Source: Nitrospirota bacterium (GTDB lineage: Bacteria; Nitrospirota; UBA9217). Taken from it: a stretch of DNA of 64,000 bases. The translations under genes were made by a program, and so were the position numbers. Position 1 is the stretch's first letter. Each line of letters starts with the position of its first letter. Below, piece by piece: positions 38,874-49,672 of the stretch. Where the stretch lies: the NCBI GenBank assembly GCA_963790205.1, contig CAWBNQ010000010.1:1-64000 (forward strand), given 5' to 3'. The notes beneath the pieces were generated by a model. The model did not search any database. It was not told the origin of the DNA and saw only the letters and a program-made list of their open reading frames with translations.

Positions 38874-39608
38874 TTAATTTTCTAATATCTGCTTGACTGT
38901 TACAGGCTTATCCTTATCCACTTTCTTTTGCATAGTTGCCGGAATTGCAAGAAGCGTAAACCGGTTAGCCAGCACCCAGCTTCTTTTGAAGTTCTCGAGC
39001 GGCACGGCAAGCTGGCCTCGGGCTGGGTCTAACAGAGCCACCAGATTGCGTTCAGGATCATATCCTGTAAGGAGCACATAGTGGTCGCTTTTGCCGTCCG
39101 CCGTTCCCAGCATGATTATCAGCGGTCTGTGGCTGTCCAAATGTCGGTATATGCCGGTCGTTTCGCGGTCAATTGTTCCCGGAAATACCGCAACGAAATA
39201 GCCGGCTTCTTCTAAGACAGCTTTAAGCACAGCGCCGCTGATACCTCGACTTTTTGCGGCTTCATCGGACAGGCTCTGCCGCTCAGCGTCATTCAGTGGC
39301 ACGCTGTAGTAGCGGGTAAGCATCTCAACGGCAGCAAAACCGCACAGATTGGGAGTCTTCTGCGATTCAAACGGCAAGTCAAGCATTACCGCCTTGTCGG
39401 AAAACAGGTGAATGTCTTGTGAGGGCTTTGCTTGGACAAGGACTTGATTGAGCGTTGAACAAGCGGAGAATAGGAGAGCGCAAGTTATCGCCAAAAACAA
39501 AAAAGTAGACTGAGAAATCAGTCTGCTTTTTCTGGAAATAATTGAAAGGATATTTACAGCGATAAAAAATGAACGACGGAAGAAAAGAAAAAGCCTGAAT
39601 TGCCCCAC
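38874..39608 (-). CDS. C39-family cysteine peptidase, probable lipoprotein
   Basis: FSAC lipobox; Q..NLCG.AA; HYVLLTGYD; DPA. Confidence 0.82.
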   Translation of the reverse strand: MGQFRLFLFFRRSFFIAVNILSIISRKSRLISQSTFLFLAITCALLFSACSTLNQVLVQAKPSQDIHLFSDKAVMLDLPFESQKTPNLCGFAAVEMLTRYYSVPLNDAERQSLSDEAAKSRGISGAVLKAVLEEAGYFVAVFPGTIDRETTGIYRHLDSHRPLIIMLGTADGKSDHYVLLTGYDPERNLVALLDPARGQLAVPLENFKRSWVLANRFTLLAIPATMQKKVDKDKPVTVKQILEN

Positions 39609-39969
39609 GTCATCTATCTCCTAATTTTACTTACGGGGTTACTACATGCCTCAGGTGACCATAGCCTTTGCTAGTACCTGAATTCATGTTCGCCATTCAC
39701 ACTGTTTAAATCGTACGGGAAAATATATGTGGTGAGTATTTCCGTGGATGCATGCGCTTCGCGTACTATACGCGAGTGCAACTTTTTGTCAAGACCTTTA
39801 AACGGGAGACTCGCACCAGCTTGGGAATGTGTTATCGTGAGTTTTAGTCGTAACAGGTAACTCATTACTCAGAGAGCAATTCCACTTACAATTTGGATGA
39901 ATAATATAATTGGTTGAGAATCCCGAAATATGCTTATCCGGTTAACACAGCTAACGGATAATTGTCGCT

Positions 39970-40311
39970 TTATTTTGATGCTGTGGCTCGACCACCTAGA
40001 AATCCAAGTACGCCTGTTACGGTACTTGTAATTATCGGATACCCAATATCTGAACGGCCAGACTTTATCAGAACGTAACCGGATATGCCACCGATAACTG
40101 AAAGAAAAACAACTATGCCGTAAATGATTAATGTTATGATGAATCTATATTGCATGTCTTTTAGCCTTATTTTTTCATTACTTCCTACGTTTGTTTTATT
40201 CATTTCAATTTGTGTATTAGATACTGTATTAATTATTTCTTTTGCGGCTTCCATAATTGGCTCCAAATTAAACTTCGATTCATCTTTCGGAATCAGTTGT
40301 TTGTTTTCCAT
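39970..40311 (-). CDS. Low-GC two-TM membrane protein
   Basis: 113-aa ORF with two C-terminal hydrophobic helices. Confidence 0.6.
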   Translation of the reverse strand: MENKQLIPKDESKFNLEPIMEAAKEIINTVSNTQIEMNKTNVGSNEKIRLKDMQYRFIITLIIYGIVVFLSVIGGISGYVLIKSGRSDIGYPIITSTVTGVLGFLGGRATASK

Positions 40312-40423
40312 AACTCACCCCTTTGTCGAGATGGGGCGAGTATATCACTAATCGCTTTTCTGGTCACTCAAAAAAGGCTAGGCTGTATTAACCGGATAAG
40401 CATATCCCGAAAAGACCGCTCCC

Positions 40424-40720
40424 CTACTTGATCAAAAGCTTAAAGAACCTGTTCATGATGACTCCGGCGACCGCGCCGAGCATGGCGCCGAACGCGGCGA
40501 GAAAACCCATGACAAGCACGAGAACAAGCGTAACTGCGAACCAGTTCTGACCGCAGGCGGGCCCGAACATCCTGGTAACGTCCTTTGTTGCTGCGTCGCG
40601 CCACGTGCCCTGGAACGTGTCGGAAAAGAACATATCCAGGGACAGGGCCGTGCCGAGGGTTATGAGCGCCCCTGTTGCCGCGCCGATGATGATTGCTTTC
40701 TTAAGTCCCTTGTCGCTCAT
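40424..40720 (-). CDS. Small membrane protein
   Basis: Two TM helices, GAGG RBS. Confidence 0.7.
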   Translation of the reverse strand: MSDKGLKKAIIIGAATGALITLGTALSLDMFFSDTFQGTWRDAATKDVTRMFGPACGQNWFAVTLVLVLVMGFLAAFGAMLGAVAGVIMNRFFKLLIK

Positions 40721-40812
40721 GAACGCCTCGAGAATAGTAAACAGTAAACGGCATACGAAACCGCATCCTGCCCTCCCTGTTTACCGCATACCGTCTACTT
40801 TAAAACTACCGT

Positions 40813-41466
40813 CTACTTCAAAATCTCGCCAGTCTTCCGCGACCACAGGAGCAGGTCCAGGTGGTCCATGTCGATGCCGAGCTCCCTGGCGAACTGCTCA
40901 AGCCTCTTTTCTATTTCAAGATACCCCGCCTGCGTGGAGGGCCGCATTCGTTTGTTGATCACGCCCATCTCGCGAAGGCTGTTCAGGATATGCTTGTCCA
41001 GAATGGCATAGCCGGGGAACCCTATGTTCCGGAGAAAGTGGCTCGATTCTTTGTAGCCCAGCCCTTTCACGGACTTGTTCTTCGCGAAAAAATCCCGGCG
41101 CGCATCCCGGCAGTCGAAGGATTCCAGGAGCCGGCGGAGCTTCATATCGCAGGCGTCCTCGAGATATTCCCTGGTCCGGACGATGTACGACGGCCGGATG
41201 CGCCAGAAGCGCACGCGGTGCGCCCGGGCGCGTTGTTGAAGCTCCGCCTCGGTCCCGGAATGGAGAATGTCCCTGAGCGCCTCGACGGTACGCATGCCCA
41301 TTTTTGCGCTGCTGCCCGCGGTCAGGATACAGTAACACAGCTCTTCAAAGATCGCCCGGTCGCCCTTTTCATAGACCGCCTTGAACTCCGACAGGCGTTG
41401 TATGATCGCCGGCTTCTTTTTGCGGTAATCTTTCCTGAGCTCACCGATGAATTCTTTTCCAGGCAC
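40813..41466 (-). CDS. ogg: N-glycosylase/DNA lyase (8-oxoguanine glycosylase, archaeal/Thermotoga type)
   Basis: FEELCYCILTA, KGLGYKESSHFLRNIG..AILDKHI, DLLLW..TG..LK. Confidence 0.9.
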   Translation of the reverse strand: MPGKEFIGELRKDYRKKKPAIIQRLSEFKAVYEKGDRAIFEELCYCILTAGSSAKMGMRTVEALRDILHSGTEAELQQRARAHRVRFWRIRPSYIVRTREYLEDACDMKLRRLLESFDCRDARRDFFAKNKSVKGLGYKESSHFLRNIGFPGYAILDKHILNSLREMGVINKRMRPSTQAGYLEIEKRLEQFARELGIDMDHLDLLLWSRKTGEILK

Positions 41467-41813
41467 TGTAGCCGCCCTTCAGGTTGTAAAGATTTTTATA
41501 GCCCATGCCCATCAGGCGCTTGATGGCCCAGATGCTCTGGTTGCCGCTCCGGCAATAGACCACGAGGTCTTTGTCCTTTTTGAGCTTTTTGACTTTCTCG
41601 CCGACGTCCGCAAGCGGCACATGGACCGCGCCCGGGATGTGCCCCTGCTCGTATTCCTTGCCGGGGCGGACGTCAAGAAGCATCATTCCCTTCTTCTGGT
41701 CAAGCTCTTTCGGCGTGATCTGCTTGATCCCCAGCCGGCCGAGGAACTCCGAGCAGCTTGATGATAAGGTAGAGCGCAATGATACTGATAAGAATGGTTG
41801 ATGCCGTATCCAA
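41441..41813 (-). CDS. Rhodanese-like protein with an N-terminal TM helix; apparent frameshift near 41745
   Basis: LLDVR..EY..GHIPGA, VYCRSG, LKGG..AW; the TM N-terminus (TTG DTASTILISIIALYLII) is in another frame. Confidence 0.82.
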
Positions 41814-41857
41814 AATAGAACCCTCCCTATTATAATTTCCGAATTCCGCATTTGTTT

Positions 41858-44026
41858 TTACCCCTGCCTCACCGGCAATTCAATAAGAAACCGGGCACCC
41901 TTCGGCGCATTTTGCTCCACGCGGATGACTCCGCTGTGGTCCTTGATGATCCGAAGCACGATAGCGAGTCCCAGTCCGCTCTTTTTTTTCTTCCGGGAAA
42001 AATCGGGCTGAAACAGGCGCGGGAGGTCCTCTGCCGCTATCCCCGGCCCTTCATCGGCGACCTCTATCTGCGCCATGCCGCCCGGGGTCATCCGCGCCGC
42101 CACCCGGATCCTGCCCTTGCCGCCCATGGCCTCGACGGCATTCTCGAAGAGATTGATGAAGACCCGCTTCATCTGCTCATGGTCGAGGACCACGTCGGGC
42201 ATGCCGGACGCAATCTCCTTCACCACGGAGATGTCCTTGTGCGCTCCGGCGTACAGGTTGATCACGCTCTCGATCACCGGCGCCAGCTGCTGCGGGACCG
42301 GGTTGGAACCGGGCATGCGCGCGAAATCCGCGAATTCGTCGACGAGCTTTCGCAGGCCGTCCGCCTCCTCCACGATCGTCCTGCTGCATTCGTCGAAAAC
42401 GGCTTCAAAATCGGGCGCCCCTTCCGCGTGCTTTTTGCGCAGCCGCTCCGCGGAAAGCTTGATCGGCGTGAGGGGGTTTTTGAATTCGTGGGCGATCCTC
42501 CGCGCCACGTCCTGCCAGGTCTCGGCCTTCTTGGCCCGGATCAGCTCGGTCAGATCATCAAAGGTCACCACCGAGCCGATGGCCGTCCCGCTGCCGTCCC
42601 TGAGCGCGGAGACGCGCATCCGGAGCGTCAGGACCCTGCCGCGCACGTTGAGCGCCACTTCCTCCTCGGCCCGGCCGTGCCCTTCCTCAAGCCTTCGGAA
42701 CAAATCACGGATCGGTCCGAGCTCGATGAACCCGAAGGCCTCATCGTACCGCTTATTGAGCACATCGCCTTCGTTCACCGCGAGGATTTCCGACGCCGCC
42801 CGGTTGATGGTCGTGATCTTGCCGGAGCGGTCCATGGACACCACGCCGGTGTCGACGTTGGAGAGGATCGTCTGCTTGTAGGAGACCTCCTGTTCGAGCT
42901 GCTCCCGGGAATGCTTGAGGTCGCGCGTCATTTTGTTGAACGAATCGATGAGCACGCCGACCTCGTCCCCGGTCTTTTCATCGATGTGATAATCGAACCT
43001 GCCCGCGGCAACGGCCGCCGTTCCCTCGGCCAGCTTGCGGATCGGCACGGTGATGCCCGCCGCCACGCGAAGCGCCACCCAGATCGCCGCCAGGAGGAGC
43101 GCGAGGGTGACCGTCAGGAACGCCAAGCCGGTAGGACAGCTTGATCGGCTCATCGCCCCTGAGCGATGACCGGTACTGGGCATATCCCGTGCGGATCTCG
43201 TTGACTTTCGCCGAGAGGCTTTGGGGGACGTAATAGCTCACGGCAACGGCGGCAATGACCTCTTTGTCCTCAAGCGATGCATAGACCGGGACCACGGTCC
43301 TCACGATCTCGCCTTTTTTCCCGAGGTCCAGGACCATGACCGCCTCCTCGGCCGCAAAGGCCCTGGCCGCGAGCTCGGATGACGTGGCGACAAAGGTCCT
43401 GGCCGGGAACTTTCCGGTAACAACGGTGATCGTCCGTTCACGGGGCGCGACAAAAAGCTCTATTGAACCGAGCCCGTACTCGGCCGCCTTTTTTGCGAGG
43501 TAATCTTTGAGCACCGGGTTCTCAAAACGGGAAAGAAGACGCTCCTCGGTCAGTCTGCCGGCTGATCTGCCGGCTGAAGTCAAAGGCCTGTTCGTGCAGC
43601 CGGTCGTAATAGGCCTGTGTTACGGCTGACCGAGTCCTGGAGCGAGTTCTCTATCTTGAGGCTGAAGAGCCGGTCCATGCTCCTGGTGAACATGCCGGTG
43701 CCGATCACGAAAAGCAGTATGGGAGGAATAAACGAGAAGCTGACGAAGGCAGCCACCAGCTTGGTCCTGAACTTCGCCCCGAGCACGCCGTGCTTGCGCT
43801 CGATCGACAGCTTCCACAGGCTCCGCGCCATCATGAAGATGACCGCGGCGAGGAGCAGGAAGTTCGCGTTGATCAGGATGATGATGAGGATGTTGTCCGA
43901 AAGCGGGCCTTCAAACCCCCGGTACTTGATCTGAAGGACCACGGCGAGCGCCGTCAGGACCATGACCCCGAGGAGGTACAGCACGCCCCGCAGTCCCGAT
44001 TGTCCGTCTTTCCTGTCGGTCATCAT
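41858..44026 (-). CDS. ntrY: NtrY-like HAMP/PAS sensor histidine kinase, two apparent frameshifts
   Basis: GAKFRTKLV, HAMP, PAS, WQDVARRIAHEFKNPLTPI, N/G boxes; spread over ORFs 43580-44026, 42978-43583 and 41858-43183. Confidence 0.82.
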
Positions 44027-44329
44027 GGTAAGGGCAGAATACCAAAAACACCCGTCAAAAGCAAGGTTTGCTTTCGTTTAATTCTCTTGACAAACAAGAG
44101 CTTTCTCGGCTATCTTTAGGTACACGAACCGCCGCATCACCCTTCACGAACAAGAGCGTGGCAGCGCAAATCAGAAGGAACACTGCGCCGCCCGGCTGCT
44201 GCGGAAGAATGGCAAACCGTGAACGTCATCGTCAGCCGGCCGAAATTCGCGCCCGAGCCAATGACTGGAGAGCGCAGGATCAAGCATTAACCGGCTGTAC
44301 AAGTCCATACAGAGAGTCAGGAGGCAGGA

Positions 44330-45604
44330 ATGACCACCAGGTCGCTAACCCTCGTCCAGGCAGTATTCATAGCCCTTCTCATTTCACTCGTACCCCCCGC
44401 AGCATGGTCCCAGCAGCAAGAACAGCCCGGTATGCCGCCGCAGGAGACAACCGCCGGAGAACCGTCTCAGGAGACGCCGGCCGGGACAGCTCCGGAGCAG
44501 CACCAGGGCGCTGCGATCATTCCCGGACAGGGGAACAACGCTCCCGAAAAGGCCGGGGCCACGCCGCAGCAAGCACCGCCAAAAAAAGAAGGCGGAAGCT
44601 ACACGATCAAGCAGGGTGACACGCTCTGGGACATTTCAAATGCTTTTTTGAAGGACCCGTTCCTGTGGCCCTTCATCTGGAAGGCCAACCAGTATATAAC
44701 CAACCCGGACCTTATCTATCCCGGCAACAAGCTTGCAATTCCGAGCCTCGCGCCGATCGAGCGGGCCTTGCAAACGCCGGCCGTGCCGCAAGAACAACTC
44801 GCCGAAAAGCAGACGACAACAGCGGAGGCGCCTCCTGTTAAACCAAAGGAAGAGAAGCAGGCGGCGGTGAGCAAGCTCATCGTGCCGGAGGAAGCCCCCG
44901 TCCCCATCGTGGACAAGTATTCAATGCTGAGCGCCGGCTTCGTAAACTCGGAAGAAAGCAAGGATGTTATCGTGGGATCGCAGGAAGGCAAGACTATTTT
45001 CGGCTATGACGACATCGTGTACGTCACCATCCACTCGAAAGACGCCTCCATCGGGGACAAGTTCATTATCTACACGAGGCTCAAAAAAGTGAAACATCCC
45101 GTCACGGGGAAGTATTACGGCAGGCTCATTAAAGTCCTCGGTGTTCTCCAGCTTACGGAAAAGGGGGCGCCGGGCACGTATGCCGCGCGGGTTACGCTCT
45201 CCTTCGATACCATTGAAAAAGGCAACCTGCTGACACCCTACCAGGAGCCGACCCTCATCTTCAAAACAGCCCAGGAGAAGCCGAAAGATATTAACGGTTA
45301 TATCCTCGAGGTGAGGGACGGCCGCACTATCAATGCACAGGCAGACATCGTGTATCTGGACAAGGGAAGCACGGACGGGGTCGATCCCGGCGACCGGTTC
45401 ACCATCTATGCCAGACCGCAAAAAAAGATATACCCGAAAGAAGTGATCGGAGAAGCGCAGGTCTTTCTGGTCAAGGAGCACACGGCGACCGCTCTCGTGA
45501 CCAAAAGCGCCAATATCATAGTCAGAGGGGACGAGGTGGAATACAAGAAGCAGCCCGCGTCCGGCGATTCTTCTCCTCCGGAAGAGTCCGTGAAAAACCC
45601 GTAG
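44330..45604 (+). CDS. Exported LysM peptidoglycan-binding protein
   Basis: Signal peptide; YTIKQGDTLWDIS...W.AN..ITNPDLIYPG. Confidence 0.9.
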   Translation: MTTRSLTLVQAVFIALLISLVPPAAWSQQQEQPGMPPQETTAGEPSQETPAGTAPEQHQGAAIIPGQGNNAPEKAGATPQQAPPKKEGGSYTIKQGDTLWDISNAFLKDPFLWPFIWKANQYITNPDLIYPGNKLAIPSLAPIERALQTPAVPQEQLAEKQTTTAEAPPVKPKEEKQAAVSKLIVPEEAPVPIVDKYSMLSAGFVNSEESKDVIVGSQEGKTIFGYDDIVYVTIHSKDASIGDKFIIYTRLKKVKHPVTGKYYGRLIKVLGVLQLTEKGAPGTYAARVTLSFDTIEKGNLLTPYQEPTLIFKTAQEKPKDINGYILEVRDGRTINAQADIVYLDKGSTDGVDPGDRFTIYARPQKKIYPKEVIGEAQVFLVKEHTATALVTKSANIIVRGDEVEYKKQPASGDSSPPEESVKNP

Positions 45605-45638
45605 TACCAAAACCAGCGGGGATAAAAATACAGAGCAG

Positions 45639-45678
45639 AACAAAAGGCAGCGGCCATTACAGGCCGCTGCCTTTTGTT
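45639..45678. terminator. Bidirectional intrinsic terminator
   Basis: AACAAAAGGCAGCGGCC-N6-GGCCGCTGCCTTTTGTT between convergent genes. Confidence 0.85.
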
Positions 45679-45705
45679 GTAGTACGTGAAAAATAAGAAC
45701 TGGCC

Positions 45706-46242
45706 TTACTTCATAAAGAGAAAGAACCCGTTAAAGAAGTACACCAGACCGAAGCACCCTGCCGCCATACCGAGAAACCAGAAAAGCCTTCTCTTCATCA
45801 AAGCCGCAATGGACGAAAGCAGGATGGCGATCTGGAGGAACATGGCCGCCAGGCCGAAGGCGCCGGAATGTTTCTGCGCATCGTCGCGCGTGGCTTCAAG
45901 GGCCTCGGCCTTTTTCTTGATCTCTTCCTTTTCCTTGTCGTATTTCTCGATCTTTTCCCTGTAGGCCGCGATCTTTTTCTCATACTCCGCGGTCACCGCG
46001 CGGGACGCGCCCTTCGCGGCCTTGAGGTCCATCTCGAACTTCTCCTTCTGAAGATCGTAGACGTATCCCTTGATGCTCTTGGCCTGGTAATAGGACCAAT
46101 TGTCGGAAGCCTGCGCCTGGGACATGATCGCCCGCGAACCGAACCCGCCGCCCTTGAGCGTCGAAAGCGTTGCGCATACCGCGAAGATCACCGTGGTGAG
46201 CGCGAGATAATTAAGCCATGGTTCCTTTTTTTCGTCCGCCAT
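45706..46242 (-). CDS. DUF4337-like membrane protein
   Basis: ASDNWSYYQAKSIK, LQIAILLSSIA. Confidence 0.82.
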   Translation of the reverse strand: MADEKKEPWLNYLALTTVIFAVCATLSTLKGGGFGSRAIMSQAQASDNWSYYQAKSIKGYVYDLQKEKFEMDLKAAKGASRAVTAEYEKKIAAYREKIEKYDKEKEEIKKKAEALEATRDDAQKHSGAFGLAAMFLQIAILLSSIAALMKRRLFWFLGMAAGCFGLVYFFNGFFLFMK

Positions 46243-46399
46243 GAAAACCCTCCTGAAGTATGATTTTCCGAGGGCACATACTACCCAAAACCGCGCTCTG
46301 AGTCAAGAGCTTCGTGGGCCGCGCTGCGTTGAAATAAACGGGAAGAAATGATACTATTTTACTAACAAGCTGCCGAAAATTGTTTTTGACTTCTTTGCC

Positions 46400-46545
46400 G
46401 TCATTCCTGCGCACGCGGGAATCCAGGGTTCAATATATATAATAGTGCGTCCAATGGTTCTTTAATTAAGCTGTCACCCTGAACGAAGTGAAGGGTCTTG
46501 CAGCGATCGGGAAACACGAGATTCTTCGCTGTGCTCAGAATGACC
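46400..46545. repeat. REP-like palindromes
   Basis: GTCATTCCTGCGCACGCGGGAATCC and GTCACCCTGAACGAAGTGAAGGGTCT...AGATTCTTCGCTGTGCTCAGAATGAC. Confidence 0.65.
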
Positions 46546-46600
46546 ACTAAAGGGCTTTATGATGCGGCTACACTAGAGTACACTCACAACAGGAGGTATC

Positions 46601-47713
46601 ATGATCATCGGCGTGCCGAAAGAAATAAAGACGGAGGAGTTTCGCGTGGGCATGACCCCCGTGGGCGCGCGCGAACTGGGGTTTGGCGGTCACACGGTCC
46701 TGGTGGAAAAAGCAGCCGGAGAAGGGAGCGGCTTTTCCGATGACGAGTACCAAAAGGCCGGCGCAGAGACAACGACCCGGGAAATCGTCTTTGATCGCGC
46801 CGAGCTTATCGTCAAGGTTAAGGAGCCTGTTCCCCGGGAATATCCCCTGCTGCGTGAGGGTGTCGCCCTTTTCACCTACCTCCACCTCGCTCCGAACCCC
46901 GGCCTCACGAAACAGCTGCTCCGGAAAAAGATAACAGGCCTCGCCTACGAGACCCTGGTGCGGGATGGCAAACTCCCCCTCCTTGCTCCCATGAGCGAGA
47001 TCGCGGGCAGGATGGCGCCTCTCATGGCCGCGTTCTACCTCCAGAAGTTCAAGGGCGGCTCGGGCGTGCTGCCGACCGGCGTCTCGGGCGTACGGCCGGG
47101 AAAGATCGTGGTCCTGGGCGCCGGGGTCGTGGGGACCAACGCCGCCCGCGTGGGGGTGGGGCTCGGCATGGAGACCGTGGTGATCAACAAGGATACCGTA
47201 GGGCTCCAGCGGATCGACGAGCTGTTCAAGGGCCGCGTCAGGACGCTTCCCATGACCGCCCACGCCCTGGAAGAGGAGATCAAATTCGCCGATATCGTGA
47301 TCGGCGCGGTTCTGGTGCCCGGCGGGAGGACGCCTGTTTTGATAACAAGAGCGATGCTCGGGACCATGAAGAAGGGCTCGGTGATCGTGGACGTTGCCGT
47401 GGACCAGGGCGGGTGCGTCGAGACGACCAGGCCGACCACCCATGACGACCCCGTGTTCGTGGTGGACGGCATCGTGCACTACTGCGTGGCCAACATGCCC
47501 GGCGCGTATCCGAGGACGTCAACGATAGCGCTCACGAACGCGACCCTTCCCTATGTCAAGACCATCGCTGAAGAGGGAATTACAAAGGCCGTGCAGGAAG
47601 ACCCCGTCATCAAAAGCGCGCTGAACACGTATCAGGGCAAGATTGTAAACAAGGCCCTGGCTCAGTCGCTGGGGTTTGCGACGATTAAAACTAAGCAGTT
47701 TAAAATGAAATGA
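46601..47713 (+). CDS. ald: Alanine dehydrogenase
   Basis: [53 protein letters not shown]. Confidence 0.96.
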   Translation: MIIGVPKEIKTEEFRVGMTPVGARELGFGGHTVLVEKAAGEGSGFSDDEYQKAGAETTTREIVFDRAELIVKVKEPVPREYPLLREGVALFTYLHLAPNPGLTKQLLRKKITGLAYETLVRDGKLPLLAPMSEIAGRMAPLMAAFYLQKFKGGSGVLPTGVSGVRPGKIVVLGAGVVGTNAARVGVGLGMETVVINKDTVGLQRIDELFKGRVRTLPMTAHALEEEIKFADIVIGAVLVPGGRTPVLITRAMLGTMKKGSVIVDVAVDQGGCVETTRPTTHDDPVFVVDGIVHYCVANMPGAYPRTSTIALTNATLPYVKTIAEEGITKAVQEDPVIKSALNTYQGKIVNKALAQSLGFATIKTKQFKMK

Positions 47714-47951
47714 TGAGTACACCTACAAGTTGTTAAAACAGCTAACAACAAATTCTGCGGATTTCCAGTTGTACTTTGCAAAATATTCGAATCGGGAATG
47801 GTATTCGAAACGTGATGAAACTGCGTACCTTAAATAATTTACATGGTGACCTAACTTTGGAGTGTCACCCTATTTCCTCAAATCATTGTTATCATAAACT
47901 GGTCGCTAGGACACTGATAATTTTACCCACTCGATAGGGAGATGACCTATT

Positions 47952-48791
47952 TTAGAAGTTGATTCCTAGGCCGAGTCTGATACCGTAAATGTCCGTTGTG
48001 CTTTTCGGCTCGAAGGCGGTGCCCACAGGCACCCCGCCTTGCGTAAGTACTATTGTGCCGGAAGCCCCGATATTCCATCTCTGGTAGTAGGGCGTACCGA
48101 AAACAAACATATTCATGTTTTCGTCCCTGTACACATTATAATTTATCGGGAACTCGGCGCGAAAGCCGAGGCGGGATTTGATATTGAAGGTGGCGTTGTC
48201 CACCTGCCCGGCAATATTGGTTGTCATTTCGGATTGGAACGGAAAGACCACGGCAGCATCAAAGCCAAGAAGCCACTCGTAATAGCGGTAAGCAAGGTTA
48301 GTTCCCACTGCAACATACCACCAACTGTAGTCTTCCCGGTAATCAGGAAGATTGTTCTCCCCTCTCTTCCAGTCCCGGTACCCGAGTCCGGCATACGGGG
48401 ACAATGTTGCAGTACCGAAATTCAGAGCTTTATACCCGAAGTTTGTCTCAAACTGGGAAAATTCTTCCCTCGTTTTCATCGAGAGAGGGGTCCCGTTTTG
48501 GAGCGCACCGGCATAATTGGCGGAATTCGACATCGTGTAATCGATTATTATGCGCGTGAATGCATCATCGCTGTCATCCCTCAATTCAAGGAATCCGCCG
48601 TTTAACCAGCCCGTGTCCTTATCGATGACGCTACTATTGACGCATTCCTTGTATGATAATGAGCTGCCATCATAGCCAAAAGATAGCGTTGTTCCTGTTT
48701 GGCCGGCTCCCATGACGGGCTCCTCCGCGGCAGATGAAATGCCGCTGTACATCAGACATAATGCTATTGCTAATATGATCTTGATTTTCAT
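47952..48791 (-). CDS. Outer-membrane beta-barrel protein
   Basis: Signal peptide, aromatic amphipathic strands, C-terminal GINF. Confidence 0.8.
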   Translation of the reverse strand: MKIKIILAIALCLMYSGISSAAEEPVMGAGQTGTTLSFGYDGSSLSYKECVNSSVIDKDTGWLNGGFLELRDDSDDAFTRIIIDYTMSNSANYAGALQNGTPLSMKTREEFSQFETNFGYKALNFGTATLSPYAGLGYRDWKRGENNLPDYREDYSWWYVAVGTNLAYRYYEWLLGFDAAVVFPFQSEMTTNIAGQVDNATFNIKSRLGFRAEFPINYNVYRDENMNMFVFGTPYYQRWNIGASGTIVLTQGGVPVGTAFEPKSTTDIYGIRLGLGINF

Positions 48792-49672
48792 CTTTGTTAT
48801 TCTCTCTCAGATTATCGAATTACTCGTACTCTGCAATTTCCACAAGTTGAAACTACTACGATTTGCTGGAAGGAACGTTGACTAAAAATTTCAAACGGAA
48901 TTATTCATTTTCTTGGCAATTCTGGCCTGCGAACTGCACATAATGGCTGTGCTGTTCTCCCGTTGCGCGAAAATTTCGCGGTAACTATCTATTGTTTTAT
49001 ATACCCATATGAGACTGTCCTGATTTCAGCTACCCTACCGTTTTTCAGAACAACGATACGAGTAAACTGGTCTGGCCCAAGATTATACGTCCACTCTTCC
49101 ACAGTGATATAAACCTTTTGCTTTGTATCATAGTATATTTCCGGAAGAAATAAACATTGCATATTTCAAATTCAATTTTGTACTTCTGATTAATCCTGGC
49201 CCATATTAGGATCACCAACATACTGTGTAATTGCAATTGGTTGAAACAATCAACAGATACTGAATGAAACATGAAACTGCTAAGGCTGTTATTCTGCGTA
49301 AATATTTTACTCGCGGGCGATGATACTTTTCAGAGTTTTTCGACTTTGTAAATCGATGACTTCAGAGGGAATGACAGAAAGATCACCACATGATCTTTCG
49401 CTACCTCCATCGCATCAATACGTACTCGTATTCTTCGACAATCTCCCTCAAAAAACTCAGCTCCCCGCTAGCGCAAAAAAAACTCGGCAACGGTAGGGCT
49501 GTGGAGTACGTACGGCTTGATGAGAGACTATTCGTTTCTAGCTTTTTTCTCGTGAAGGCCTTTTAATGGGCGACCTCGCATGATCCCGTCCTACGGGGCT
49601 CCGGTAGTGAATGGCTGCGAGACAAGATGGGAAACATTGGAATAGCTCCCCTCGAAAACCCTTAAATTGTTA

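Noticed and set aside
44120..44330. Riboswitch in the long LysM leader (contains GGCAAACC)
   Set aside because: The downstream GEMM elements and pairing are absent.
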